A stretch of 64,000 nt of DNA from Macrostomum lignano (Eukaryota). Shown piece after piece: positions 50,590 through 62,610 of this stretch. Every line of letters starts with the position of its first letter. The stretch's first letter is position 1. The translations under genes were made by a program, and so were the position numbers. The notes under the pieces are model-generated. The model was given only the letters and a program-made list of their open reading frames with translations, ran no database searches and had not been told where the DNA came from. The stretch is from the NCBI GenBank assembly GCA_002269645.1, contig NIVC01000421.1:552227-616226 (forward strand). Reading direction: 5' to 3'.

Positions 50590-51260
50590 ACCTTGAAGGG
50601 GATTTAGGATCTCAATCCTACCTTGAATGGGATTAAGGATCTCAGTCATACCTTGGAGAGGATTCGATCTTAGACATACCTTGGAGGGTATTTGAGATCT
50701 CAGACATACCTTGGAGGGGATTTGGGATCTTAGACATACCTTGGAGGGGATTTGGGATCTTAGACATACCTTAGACATCTTAGACATCTTAGACTCTTAG
50801 ATCTTAGACATCTCAGACATACCTGGAAAGGGATTTGGGATCTCAGTCATACCTGGAAAGGGATTTGGGATCTCAGTCATACCTGGAAAGGGATTTGGGA
50901 TCTCAGTCATACCTGGAAAGGGATTTGGGATCTCAGTCATACCTGGAAAGGGATTTGGGATCTCAGTCATACATGGAAAGGGATTTGGGATCTCAGTCAT
51001 ACCTGGAAAGGGATTTGGGATCTCAGTCATACCTGGAAAGGGATTTGGGATCTCAGTCATACCTGGAAAGGGATTTGGGATCTCAGTCATACCTGGAAAG
51101 GGATTTGGGATCTCAGTCATACCTGGAAAGGGATTTGGGATCTCAGTCATACCTGGAAAGGGATTTGGGATCTCAGTCATACCTGGAAAGGGATTTGGGA
51201 TCTCAGTCATACATGGAAAGGGATTTGGGATCTCAGTCATACCTCGAAGGGGATTTAATA
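50590..51260. repeat. 30-bp minisatellite
   Basis: Unit acctggaaagggatttgggatctcagtcat, near-perfect from 50821 to 51240 and degenerate to the left. Confidence 0.93.
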
Positions 51261-51319
51261 ACAATCTGTCATAACTAATCCCAGTCAATCAGCCATTCTC
51301 TCTGTCTCGCCCGAATAGA

Positions 51320-54300
51320 CAACCAGATCCCTGTTGCGCAATCATCTGGCTAGCCATTTCGGGCCACTGTCCAGCCTCCACTTGATGAGGCGCAATCGCG
51401 GCGGTGGCAGCCGACTAACCGGCAGCGCCATAGCTGAGTTTGCCTCGCCTCAGTCGGCCACCAGCTGCTTGGCAGCGGAGCCTCCCCAGCTGACCATTCA
51501 CGGGTCGCCGTGCCCGCTACTCGACAAAGATCCCAGCGGCTGCGGCGACGGCGGGCGACCAAGGCGACGTCGATGTAATCTGCTGCGAGCGTCGCCTTTC
51601 TATGAAAAAGCTATCCGTGAAACCGATCCCAGCCCCATGGAATCTGTTGATCCTAACAATTTCTATGGCCAAGATGACGGAGAGGAGGCTGAGGACAAAT
51701 TGGCAGTTCATCAACGTCGAGCTGAACACGCCAATCAGTGCCTGCTGTTCAAAATTAATCCGATGGCTTTTAGAGCTATTTTGGAGCGACTGGATTTGAA
51801 AGATTGGTTTAGACTGTTGGTGAGAGACCTTGCTGTGCTTGTTTCATAACCCTTAAATTAATTCTCAGGTGAGAATCTCCCCAGAATGTCTCTTAGGTGA
51901 GAATCTCCCCCCAAGAATGACTCTCAGGTGAGAATCTTCCCCAGAATGATTCTCAGGTGAGAATCTCCCTCAGAATGATTCTCAGGTGAGAATCTCCCCC
52001 AGAATGACTCTCAGGTGAGAATCTCCCCAGAATGATTCTCAGGTGAGAATCTCCCCAGAATGATTCTCAGGTGAGAATCTCCCCAGAATGATTCTCAGGT
52101 GAGAATCTCCCTCAGAATGATTCTCAGATGAGAATCTCCCCAGAATGATTCTCAGGTGAGAATCTCCCCAGAATGTCTCTCAGGTGAGAATCTCCCCCCC
52201 CCAAGAATGACTCTCAGGTGAGAATCTCCCTCAGAATGATTCTCAGGTGAGAATCTCCCCAGAATGTCTCTTAGGTGAGAATCTTCCCCCCCCACAGAAT
52301 GACTCTCTGGTGAGAATCTCCCCCCAGAATGACTCTCAGGTGAGAATCTCCCTCAGAATGATTCTCAGGTGAGAATCTCCCCAGATGGTTCTCAGATGAG
52401 AATCCCTCCACAGAATGATTCTCAAGTGAGAATCTCCCTCAGAATGATTCTCAAGTGAGAATCTCCTCCAGAATTATTCTCAGGTCAAAGCAAAGCGCCC
52501 ACAACCCCGTCGGTGTCCGCAGGAGGTGTGCAGCTGCACACATCACCGGGTACGCCTCGCGCTGACAGCCACCCGTCAGTTTCGACTGGATGGGTCGCTG
52601 TTCCGACGCGGTTTTCCAGTCCCTTCGCCGCCATTAAACGACAGCCTCTGCATGCGATTGCTGGGCCAATTATCCACAACGCTGACTTGCCTAACTGTCA
52701 ATCTGGCGGATTACAGTCAGCGCAGCATTAGCGGCAAACTGCTGATTGACATTGCGCGACAATTCCCTGCTTTGGAGAGTCTGGAACTCGTGCCTGTACA
52801 GCTAAGCGCGGCCGACTGCCGATCAGCTGGTATCGCGGGGCTTCAGCGACTCGCTCGACTGCGCCTGCTGATGCCGCCGCCCGAGCAGAGGTTTGTCGCT
52901 AGCAGGGGAGCTTACGGTGGCCTTGGCTTCAGCAGCAGCTTCAGCAGCGGCTACGGCGACTGGACTGGGGACGAGTGTCGAATCACTGAAGATGGCCTCT
53001 GGCACCTGCTGAAGGTGATGGATTGTTTGATGAGTTGATAACGGATTCTGGGTTTCGGTAGAGATGATGGATTCTGGGTTCTGGTAGAGACTAAGGATTC
53101 TGGGTTTCGGTAGAGATGATGGATTCTGGGTTCTGGTAGAGACTAGGGATTCTGGGTTTCGGTAGAGATGATGATGGATGCTGTGTTCCAGTAGAGATGA
53201 TGATGGATGCTGGGTGTCAGTGGAGATGATGATGGATTCTGGGTGTCAGTAGAGATGATGATAGATGCTGGGTGTCAGTAGAGATGATGATGGATGCTGA
53301 GTGTCAGAACCTAAAGCCGCTCCCCACCGCACGCAGACCGTGGGTCCCAGACTGGAGGAGCTTCGCGTCCCGGCCGCCGGCCTCAGCGGCAAGTGCTTCC
53401 ACTTCCTGACCGACCGCCTGACCATCCTGGAGCTGGTTGGTGTCGTCTCGCCGCGCGTACTTCGCCGATTGACCGAAGCCGCCTGCTGTCGGTCGCTTCG
53501 CTGCCTCCTGGTTGTCGCCGCTCCGCCAAGCCGCACTCCCGCTGGCTGTCGTCTTGCCGACTGGCTCGACTGGCAGCCAAGCGACCTCTACGCCCGATTG
53601 CCGCGTCTGTGCATCGCCGACTTTGCCGGCCGCGGCGTCAGCTGCTCGGCTCGTCACGTTGAGCTGCCGGTCGGACAGGAGATCGGCTACTTCGGACGTC
53701 GGCACGGCGATTTGGGATCGGCAGATATTGGACAGGCCAGGCGTGGCGAGAGATGGCTGAGCGTGCTCACCGCGTTCACCTGCGTTTCCTGCCTGGTGCT
53801 CACGGATACGTCTGTGAGTTGGTTGATGGATGATGGGATTTTGGGATTGATGGATGATGGGATTTTGGGATTGACAAATGATGGGATTTTGGGATCGACG
53901 GGTGATGGGATTTTGGGATTAACGGATGATGGGATTTTGGGATTGATGGATGATGGGATTTTGGGATTGATGGATGATGGGATTTTGGGATTGATGGATG
54001 ATGGGATTTTGGGATTGATGGATGATGGGATTTTGGGATTGACGGATGATGGGATTTTGGGATTGACCGATAATGGGATTTTGGGATTGACGGATAATGG
54101 GATTTTGGGATTGATGGATGATGGGATTTTGGGATTGATGGATGATGGGATTTCGGGATTGATGGATGATGGGATTTTGGGATTGACGGATGATGGGATT
54201 TTGGGATTGACCGATAATGGGATTTTGGGATTGATAGATGATGGGATTTTGGGATTGACGGATGATGGGATTTTAGGATGAACGAATAATGGGATTTTGG

Positions 54301-55487
54301 GATCGACAAATGATGGGATTTTGGGATTAACGGATGATGGGATTTTATGATTGTTGAATGATGGGTTTCGGGGATTTGAGGATAAAGATTGGAGATTTGG
54401 GTTGAGATCTTTAGACTGGGTTTAGTTGCATTGCATTGTGCATTGGGTGATGGCGTGTTAGGCTGTGCATGTTTAAGTAAGTCGATGTGGGTTCTCTCGG
54501 ATCGTGTCTAGAACATGCACTGCCCGCTACCCCTGGCCATGGCCAGGTGGACGACCAGTGTCTGCAGGCGGTGAGCCAGCGCCTGTCCAGCAGTCTGCAG
54601 GCCCTGTGCCTCACCCACTGCACCCGGATCAGCGCCTCAGGCTTTTGCGCGCTCGCCGAGTGCTCCAAATTGCGTCGGCTCCGAGTTTCCTGCACGCAGT
54701 TCGACCTCGGCGTTTCAACCCGTCTGCCTCCGCCGGGACTGCAGGAGCTGGCGGTGGCCTCCTGCCACCGGCTGGGCCAGCCTGTGCAGCCCGGCGTGCT
54801 GCGACGCTTCCTGGCACTTCGCCAACTCGTCAGTCTCGACCTGTCCTTCTGCGTCGGACTGCCGACTGCCGACGAGATTGCCGATTGTCTTCGTCGGACC
54901 GACAGCGTCGCTGCCGCTGCTAAGCTAACCATCTACTGTAGGGGTGTCAGCGTGCCGATTGCGCAGGTTAGTACGATGAAGCTTTGGCGTCTCAGCCTCG
55001 GCAATCCCATTTAACCCGTTAACAACGTTACCGTGACAAGAATCTTGTGACTTCTCTTCAATTTCTTGACTATCTGACGATCTGAATGCGGTTATTCTTA
55101 CTGTTAAAGAGTCATACTCGTACCTTTATGAAACTTCAGGAGCAACTGGACTCGATGAATCTAAATAGGCCAGTCGAGTTTAACAACCATCGATATCCAT
55201 CGTCGTCATTGACTTGTACTCAGCAGGACGGCTGGTCCAATAGCGACTGGACCGCAACAGCCGCCCAGTCGGTACGGCCAATGTGCCTGCCGACACACTG
55301 GGTTCACCCCACTGCCACCGAAGCAGCCCGCCAGCAGGACCTGGAAGGCGGCTACGAGCACTATGTGGGCGAGTTCGACCTCATAGAGGACGAGCACGAC
55401 TTCGATTTTGACGATACGGACGATGAAGATTATACAGACGAAGACTTAATCGACTGGGTTGACGACGGATCAGATTTTAGCTATTGA
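51320..55487 (+). CDS. F-box / leucine-rich-repeat protein (FBXL-like), multi-exon
   Basis: F-box [25 protein letters not shown]|EVC spans the first intron. LRR motifs include [44 protein letters not shown]. The acidic C-terminus ends at 55487. Approximate exons: ~51320-51829, 52522-53013, ~53310-53813, ~54483-54966, 55140-55487. The start and one junction are uncertain. Confidence 0.75.
51860..52485. repeat. Intronic ~29-bp minisatellite with a palindromic core containing TTCTCAG|GTGAG
   Basis: Unit gattctcaggtgagaatctccccagaat; gattctca and tgagaatc are reverse complements. Confidence 0.92.
53040..53300. repeat. Intronic degenerate repeat (ggattctgggtt..ggtagagatgat)
   Basis: Directly visible between FBXL exons. 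Confidence 0.8.
53820..54350. repeat. Intronic 24-bp minisatellite
   Basis: Unit gatgatgggattttgggattgatg, beginning after the donor gtgagt at ~53814. Confidence 0.92.
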
Positions 55488-55991
55488 TGACAGAAGGCTG
55501 CGATGATGCTGTCAGCATGCTCTGTGTTGCATTTTGCTCACCCTTTAAACCAGTTTAAATATACAAACGTTAGAAACTATTAACTACCAATAACAACACT
55601 AAAAAGCTGCACTTCAAAAGTTTTATAATAGTACTTGAACTTAATTTGCTTCCCGATATATATTGTAAACGTCATTCATAAACGCTTAAACAAACAGATC
55701 CGATACCTTATGTTACTTTAGTATAGAGCATGGCTGACAGGCTACGATTTACGTACTGTATAAAATGCGTCTGCGCTTTACAGTGCAGAGCTGTAGAGAC
55801 TGCAGTTTGTGTAGTATGTAATAACTGAGTATGATGCGACATTGATTAGTAAACGGCCAGCACATGTAATTACAGTATACTATAAGTTGCAGTTTGATTA
55901 GCAGGCATCCAGCAACTCGTACAGGTCGGTAGGAGCGCCGCGATCAAGCCAGCATACAGGTTGGTATAGCGCGATCCGCAACGCACATCGA

Positions 55992-56117
55992 TCACTTCTT
56001 CTTATGACCGCCCTTGGCAGCGGCCTGCTCGCCCTCGGCTTTTTCCGGCTGCTGCTTGGCGGCGTCCTTGTTGGCATCGGCGGCCTTCTTGTCGGCGGCG
56101 GCTTTCTTGGCAGGCAT
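55992..56117 (-). CDS. Microprotein A, copy 1 (41 aa, MPAKKAAADKKAADANKDAAKQQPEKAEGEQAAAKGGHKKK)
   Basis: ATG at 56117 in an acaaacATG context, TGA at 55992; G/C-ending codons; paralogous to microprotein B. Not in the ORF track because it is under 60 aa. Confidence 0.6.
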   Translation of the reverse strand: MPAKKAAADKKAADANKDAAKQQPEKAEGEQAAAKGGHKKK

Positions 56118-56840
56118 GTTTGTCTGTTGAGATTAGGAAGCTGATGCTTGAAGCATGAATTTGAGAAGCGAGCAGCTGCGGTTTGCAAGGTGACCAACGT
56201 CAACTTCAAGTATAGCTAGCTGGCTGTACATCCTCATTAGAAAAACTATCTAGATATGTCCTAAAGGGCACTTCTTCTTATTTAACCGCTTATTGGAGCA
56301 GTGCAGCTCTACAAGGAACATTGGTGCATATCTAGCCTCTAGTTGGATGTGCTGGACAACGAAATCTAGAGGATGCTATATCAAGCCAAATGCAAGTAAT
56401 GCCCCCTTTCTCTGTCTGCAACTGCTGATCTAACACAAAACATCCTAAGCATATAGGGAAACAGAGAGCATTTAAAGAACGAGAGCCGAAAACACCTGCT
56501 TGCTTTAAAAATACTGTCCAATATGTAATTAGGAAATGCTACTGTAATTATTCTACAATCAAACAACTTTTTTCAAAGGATCAATTTACAACTATAAGCT
56601 TTCGTCAGCACGTGAGTAAGGTTAGTACAGTACAGAATACAGTAAGTAACCTAATTGCAGTTTCAGAGCTGGATGCAGCGACTCTTTAGCCCTAACAAAG
56701 ACGATACGCTAATGCGGACAGATTATAGTATACTGTACAGGTATAGAGAGAGCTCAGAGTTCCACTCAGTCACGCCAATAGTAGGCCTGGCTGTCATGCG
56801 GTGCAGAGCACACCTAACAATTGATCTCTCTGAAATCGCA

Positions 56841-56981
56841 TCACTTCTTCTGACCGGCCTTGGCGGCAGCGCCACCAGCCTGCTGTTGTTGTTGCTGCTG
56901 CTTTTGCTGCTTGGCGTCCTTGTTGGCATCGGCTGCCTGCTGCTTGCCGGCTCCCTGCTGCTGGTTCTGCTTGGCTGGCAT
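56841..56981 (-). CDS. Microprotein B, copy 1 (46 aa, MPAKQNQQQGAGKQQAADANKDAKQQKQQQQQQQAGGAAAKAGQKK)
   Basis: ATG at 56981 (the ORF track starts upstream at a non-ATG codon). Shares MPAK, AADANKD, KQQ and AAAK.G.KK-stop with protein A. Confidence 0.6.
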   Translation of the reverse strand: MPAKQNQQQGAGKQQAADANKDAKQQKQQQQQQQAGGAAAKAGQKK

Positions 56982-57868
56982 TCTGTGTTTTGCTTTTTGT
57001 GCTTGAAAGCTGCTTAGAGCTGCAATCGGGGCGACAGTAAGCAAGTCATATAGTGCTCACACAACAACAACACACACACAGCAGCGAACGAAGTCTGCGT
57101 GCATCTTAATCAAGTAGCTAGCTAGAATTTTTAAGTGCTACCAACCAGAGTATAACTTAGCTAAATACCAAAGGAATTTCACTCTTTCTACTCATACAAC
57201 TAATGATCGACGCTGGTTGCATTGATAAACCTGATGACCTGACCAGCTCGCAAGGGATGCCTAGAAATTATACATTTACGAGCCGTATACTCCATTTCCA
57301 CAGATTAGTCTACAAAAGCCCAGTAGCTAATTATTGCACTGCAAAATGTCTAACTCTTATACATAAACTGAAACAGCCCCACTGTCAGCCTGTGAGCGAG
57401 AGGCCCCTAAGCCTTGAGGAGCATGAAACTATATACGTGACTAGGAAGCAGCAAAAATATTGGTAAAAGTAGAGCTCAAGCCGAAAAACGATTGTTGGTT
57501 GTTTCAACAACTTTGTAAGTAACTGATGCACCCAGTACAACAATGTAATTTACGACAAGTACATGACTGCCCGTCAGAACAGAGCAGCTGGTACCATAGT
57601 ATAGAGCATGGCTGACAGGCTACGATTTACGTACTGTATAAAATGCGTCTGCGCTTTACAGTGCAGAGCTGTAGAGACTGCAGTTGTGTAGTATGTAATA
57701 ACTGAGTATGATGCAACATTGATTAGTATCCGGCCAGCACATGTAATTACAATTCGCTATAAGTTGCAGTTTGATCAGCAGGCATCCAGCAACTCGTACA
57801 GGTCGGTAGGAGCGCCGCGATCAAGCCAGCATACAGGTTGGTATAGCGCGATCCGCAACGCACATCGA

Positions 57869-57994
57869 TCACTTCTTCTTATGACCGCCCTTGGCAGCGG
57901 CCTGCTCGCCCTCGGCTTTTTCCGGCTGCTGCTTGGCGGCGTCCTTGTTGGCATCGGCGGCCTTCTTGTCGGCGGCGGCTTTCTTGGCAGGCAT
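57869..57994 (-). CDS. Microprotein A, copy 2
   Basis: Same sequence as copy 1. Confidence 0.6.
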   Translation of the reverse strand: MPAKKAAADKKAADANKDAAKQQPEKAEGEQAAAKGGHKKK

Positions 57995-58717
57995 GTTTGT
58001 CTGTTGAGATTAGGAAGCTGATGCTTGAAGCTGCAATTTGAGAAGCGAGCAGCTGCGGTTTGCAAGGTGACCAACGTCAACTTCAAGTATAGCTAGCTGG
58101 CTGTACATCCTCATTAGAAAAACTATCTAGATATGTCCTAAAGGGCACTTCTTCTTATTTAACCGCTTATTGGAGCAGTGCAGCTCTACAAGGAACATTG
58201 GTGCATATCTAGCCTCTAGTTGGATGTGCTGGACAACGAAATCTAGAGGATGCTATATCAAGCCAAATGCAAGTAATGCCCCCTTTCTCTGTCTGCAACT
58301 GCTGATCTAACACAAAACATCCTAAGCATATAGGGAAACAGAGAGCATTTAAAGAACGAGAGCCGAAAACACCTGCTTGCTTTAAAAATACTGTCCAATA
58401 TGTAATTAGGAAATGCTACTGTAATTATTCTACAATCAAACAACTTTTTTCAAAGGATCAATTTACAACTATAAGCTTTCGTCAGCACGTGAGTAAGGTT
58501 AGTACAGTACAGAATACAGTAAGTAACCTAATTGCAGTTTCAGAGCTGGATGCAGCGACTCTTTAGCCCTAACAAAGACGATACGCTAATGCGGACAGAT
58601 TATAGTATACTGTACAGGTATAGAGAGAGCTCAGAGTTCCACTCAGTCACGCCAATAGTAGGCCTGGCTGTCATGCGGTGCAGAGCACACCTAACAATTG
58701 ATCTCTCTGAAATCGCA

Positions 58718-58858
58718 TCACTTCTTCTGACCGGCCTTGGCGGCAGCGCCACCAGCCTGCTGTTGTTGTTGCTGCTGCTTTTGCTGCTTGGCGTCCTTGT
58801 TGGCATCGGCTGCCTGCTGCTTGCCGGCTCCCTGCTGCTGGTTCTGCTTGGCTGGCAT
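58718..58858 (-). CDS. Microprotein B, copy 2
   Basis: Same translation as copy 1. Confidence 0.6.
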   Translation of the reverse strand: MPAKQNQQQGAGKQQAADANKDAKQQKQQQQQQQAGGAAAKAGQKK

Positions 58859-59745
58859 TCTGTGTTTTGCTTTTTGTGCTTGAAAGCTGCTTAGAGCTGC
58901 AATCGGGGCGACAGTAAGCAAGTCATATAGTGCTCACACAACAACAACACACACACAGCAGCGAACGAAGTCTGCGTGCATCTTAATCAAGTAGCTAGCT
59001 AGAATTTTTAAGTGCTACCAACCAGAGTATAACTTAGCTAAATACCAAAGGAATTTCACTCTTTCTACTCATACAACTAATGATCGACGCTGGTTGCATT
59101 GATAAACCTGATGACCTGACCAGCTCGCAAGGGATGCCTAGAAATTATACATTTACGAGCCGTATACTCCATTTCCACAGATTAGTCTACAAAAGCCCAG
59201 TAGCTAATTATTGCACTGCAAAATGTCTAACTCTTATACATAAACTGAAACAGCCCCACTGTCAGCCTGTGAGCGAGAGGCCCCTAAGCCTTGAGGAGCA
59301 TGAAACTATATACGTGACTAGGAAGCAGCAAAAATATTGGTAAAAGTAGAGCTCAAGCCGAAAAACGATTGTTGGTTGTTTCAACAACTTTGTAAGTAAC
59401 TGATGCACCCAGTACAACAATGTAATTTACGACAAGTACATGACTGCCCGTCAGAACAGAGCAGCTGGTACCATAGTATAGAGCATGGCTGACAGGCTAC
59501 GATTTACGTACTGTATAAAATGCGTCTGCGCTTTACAGTGCAGAGCTGTAGAGACTGCAGTTGTGTAGTATGTAATAACTGAGTATGATGCAACATTGAT
59601 TAGTATCCGGCCAGCACATGTAATTACAATTCGCTATAAGTTGCAGTTTGATCAGCAGGCATCCAGCAACTCGTACAGGTCGGTAGGAGCGCCGCGATCA
59701 AGCCAGCATACAGGTTGGTATAGCGCGATCCGCAACGCACATCGA

Positions 59746-59871
59746 TCACTTCTTCTTATGACCGCCCTTGGCAGCGGCCTGCTCGCCCTCGGCTTTTTCC
59801 GGCTGCTGCTTGGCGGCGTCCTTGTTGGCATCGGCGGCCTTCTTGTCGGCGGCGGCTTTCTTGGCAGGCAT
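59746..59871 (-). CDS. Microprotein A, copy 3
   Basis: Same sequence as copy 1. Confidence 0.6.
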   Translation of the reverse strand: MPAKKAAADKKAADANKDAAKQQPEKAEGEQAAAKGGHKKK

Positions 59872-60594
59872 GTTTGTCTGTTGAGATTAGGAAGCTGATG
59901 CTTGAAGCTGCAATTTGAGAAGCGAGCAGCTGCGGTTTGCAAGGTGACCAACGTCAACTTCAAGTATAGCTAGCTGGCTGTACATCCTCATTAGAAAAAC
60001 TATCTAGATATGTCCTAAAGGGCACTTCTTCTTATTTAACCGCTTATTGGAGCAGTGCAGCTCTACAAGGAACATTGGTGCATATCTAGCCTCTAGTTGG
60101 ATGTGCTGGACAACGAAATCTAGAGGATGCTATATCAAGCCAAATGCAAGTAATGCCCCCTTTCTCTGTCTGCAACTGCTGATCTAACACAAAACATCCT
60201 AAGCATATAGGGAAACAGAGAGCATTTAAAGAACGAGAGCCGAAAACACCTGCTTGCTTTAAAAATACTGTCCAATATGTAATTAGGAAATGCTACTGTA
60301 ATTATTCTACAATCAAACAACTTTTTTCAAAGGATCAATTTACAACTATAAGCTTTCGTCAGCACGTGAGTAAGGTTAGTACAGTACAGAATACAGTAAG
60401 TAACCTAATTGCAGTTTCAGAGCTGGATGCAGCGACTCTTTAGCCCTAACAAAGACGATACGCTAATGCGGACAGATTATAGTATACTGTACAGGTATAG
60501 AGAGAGCTCAGAGTTCCACTCAGTCACGCCAATAGTAGGCCTGGCTGTCATGCGGTGCAGAGCACACCTAACAATTGATCTCTCTGAAATCGCA

Positions 60595-60735
60595 TCACTT
60601 CTTCTGACCGGCCTTGGCGGCAGCGCCACCAGCCTGCTGTTGTTGTTGCTGCTGCTTTTGCTGCTTGGCGTCCTTGTTGGCATCGGCTGCCTGCTGCTTG
60701 CCGGCTCCCTGCTGCTGGTTCTGCTTGGCTGGCAT
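60595..60735 (-). CDS. Microprotein B, copy 3
   Basis: Same translation as copy 1. Confidence 0.6.
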   Translation of the reverse strand: MPAKQNQQQGAGKQQAADANKDAKQQKQQQQQQQAGGAAAKAGQKK

Positions 60736-61620
60736 TCTGTGTTTTGCTTTTTGTGCTTGAAAGCTGCTTAGAGCTGCAATCGGGGCGACAGTAAGCAAGT
60801 CATATAGTGCTCACACAACAACAACACACACAGCAGCGAACGAAGTCTGCGTGCATCTTAATCAAGTAGCTAGCTAGAATTTTTAAGTGCTACCAACCAG
60901 AGTATAACTTAGCTAAATACCAAAGGAATTTCACTCTTTCTACTCATACAACTAATGATCGACGCTGGTTGCATTGATAAACCTGATGACCTGACCAGCT
61001 CGCAAGGGATGCCTAGAAATTATACATTTACGAGCCGTATACTCCATTTCCACAGATTAGTCTACAAAAGCCCAGTAGCTAATTATTGCACTGCAAAATG
61101 TCTAACTCTTATACATAAACTGAAACAGCCCCACTGTCAGCCTGTGAGCGAGAGGCCCCTAAGCCTTGAGGAGCATGAAACTATATACGTGACTAGGAAG
61201 CAGCAAAAATATTGGTAAAAGTAGAGCTCAAGCCGAAAAACGATTGTTGGTTGTTGCAACAACTTTGTAAGTAACTGATGCACCCAGTACAACAATGTAA
61301 TTTACGACAAGTACATGACTGCCCGTCAGAACAGAGCAGCTGGTACCATAGTATAGAGCATGGCTGACAGGCTACGATTTACGTACTGTATAAAATGCGT
61401 CTGCGCTTTACAGTGCAGAGCTGTAGAGACTGCAGTTGTGTAGTATGTAATAACTGAGTATGATGCAACATTGATTAGTATCCGGCCAGCACATGTAATT
61501 ACAATTCGCTATAAGTTGCAGTTTGATCAGCAGGCATCCAGCAACTCGTACAGGTCGGTAGGAGCGCCGCGATCAAGCCAGCATACAGGTTGGTATAGCG
61601 CGATCCGCAACGCACATCGA

Positions 61621-61746
61621 TCACTTCTTCTTATGACCGCCCTTGGCAGCGGCCTGCTCGCCCTCGGCTTTTTCCGGCTGCTGCTTGGCGGCGTCCTTGT
61701 TGGCATCGGCGGCCTTCTTGTCGGCGGCGGCTTTCTTGGCAGGCAT
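61621..61746 (-). CDS. Microprotein A, copy 4
   Basis: Same sequence as copy 1. Confidence 0.6.
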   Translation of the reverse strand: MPAKKAAADKKAADANKDAAKQQPEKAEGEQAAAKGGHKKK

Positions 61747-62469
61747 GTTTGTCTGTTGAGATTAGGAAGCTGATGCTTGAAGCTGCAATTTGAGAAGCGA
61801 GCAGCTGCGGTTTGCAAGGTGACCAACGTCAACTTCAAGTATAGCTAGCTGGCTGTACATCCTCATTAGAAAAACTATCTAGATATGTCCTAAAGGGCAC
61901 TTCTTCTTATTTAACCGCTTATTGGAGCAGTGCAGCTCTACAAGGAACATTGGTGCATATCTAGCCTCTAGTTGGATGTGCTGGACAACGAAATCTAGAG
62001 GATGCTATATCAAGCCAAATGCAAGTAATGCCCCCTTTCTCTGTCTGCAACTGCTGATCTAACACAAAACATCCTAAGCATATAGGGAAACAGAGAGCAT
62101 TTAAAGAACGAGAGCCGAAAACACCTGCTTGCTTTAAAAATACTGTCCAATATGTAATTAGGAAATGCTACTGTAATTATTCTACAATCAAACAACTTTT
62201 TTCAAAGGATCAATTTACAACTATAAGCTTTCGTCAGCACGTGAGTAAGGTTAGTACAGTACAGAATACAGTAAGTAACCTAATTGCAGTTTCAGAGCTG
62301 GATGCAGCGACTCTTTAGCCCTAACAAAGACGATACGCTAATGCGGACAGATTATAGTATACTGTACAGGTATAGAGAGAGCTCAGAGTTCCACTCAGTC
62401 ACGCCAATAGTAGGCCTGGCTGTCATGCGGTGCAGAGCACACCTAACAATTGATCTCTCTGAAATCGCA

Positions 62470-62610
62470 TCACTTCTTCTGACCGGCCTTGGCGGCAGCG
62501 CCACCAGCCTGCTGTTGTTGTTGCTGCTGCTTTTGCTGCTTGGCGTCCTTGTTGGCATCGGCTGCCTGCTGCTTGCCGGCTCCCTGCTGCTGGTTCTGCT
62601 TGGCTGGCAT
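62470..62610 (-). CDS. Microprotein B, copy 4
   Basis: Same translation as copy 1. Confidence 0.6.
   Translation of the reverse strand: MPAKQNQQQGAGKQQAADANKDAKQQKQQQQQQQAGGAAAKAGQKK

Noticed and set aside
56655-57017. Plus-strand 120-aa ORF with a poly-Leu membrane-like segment (and its copies)
   Set aside because: The Leu run is the antisense of the CAG/CAA Gln codons of microprotein B, and the ORF starts at a non-ATG codon.
57203-57466. 87-aa plus-strand ORF in each array unit
   Set aside because: It has no recognisable motif, AT-rich codon usage, and is truncated in copy 4. It is retained only because the array is homogenised.
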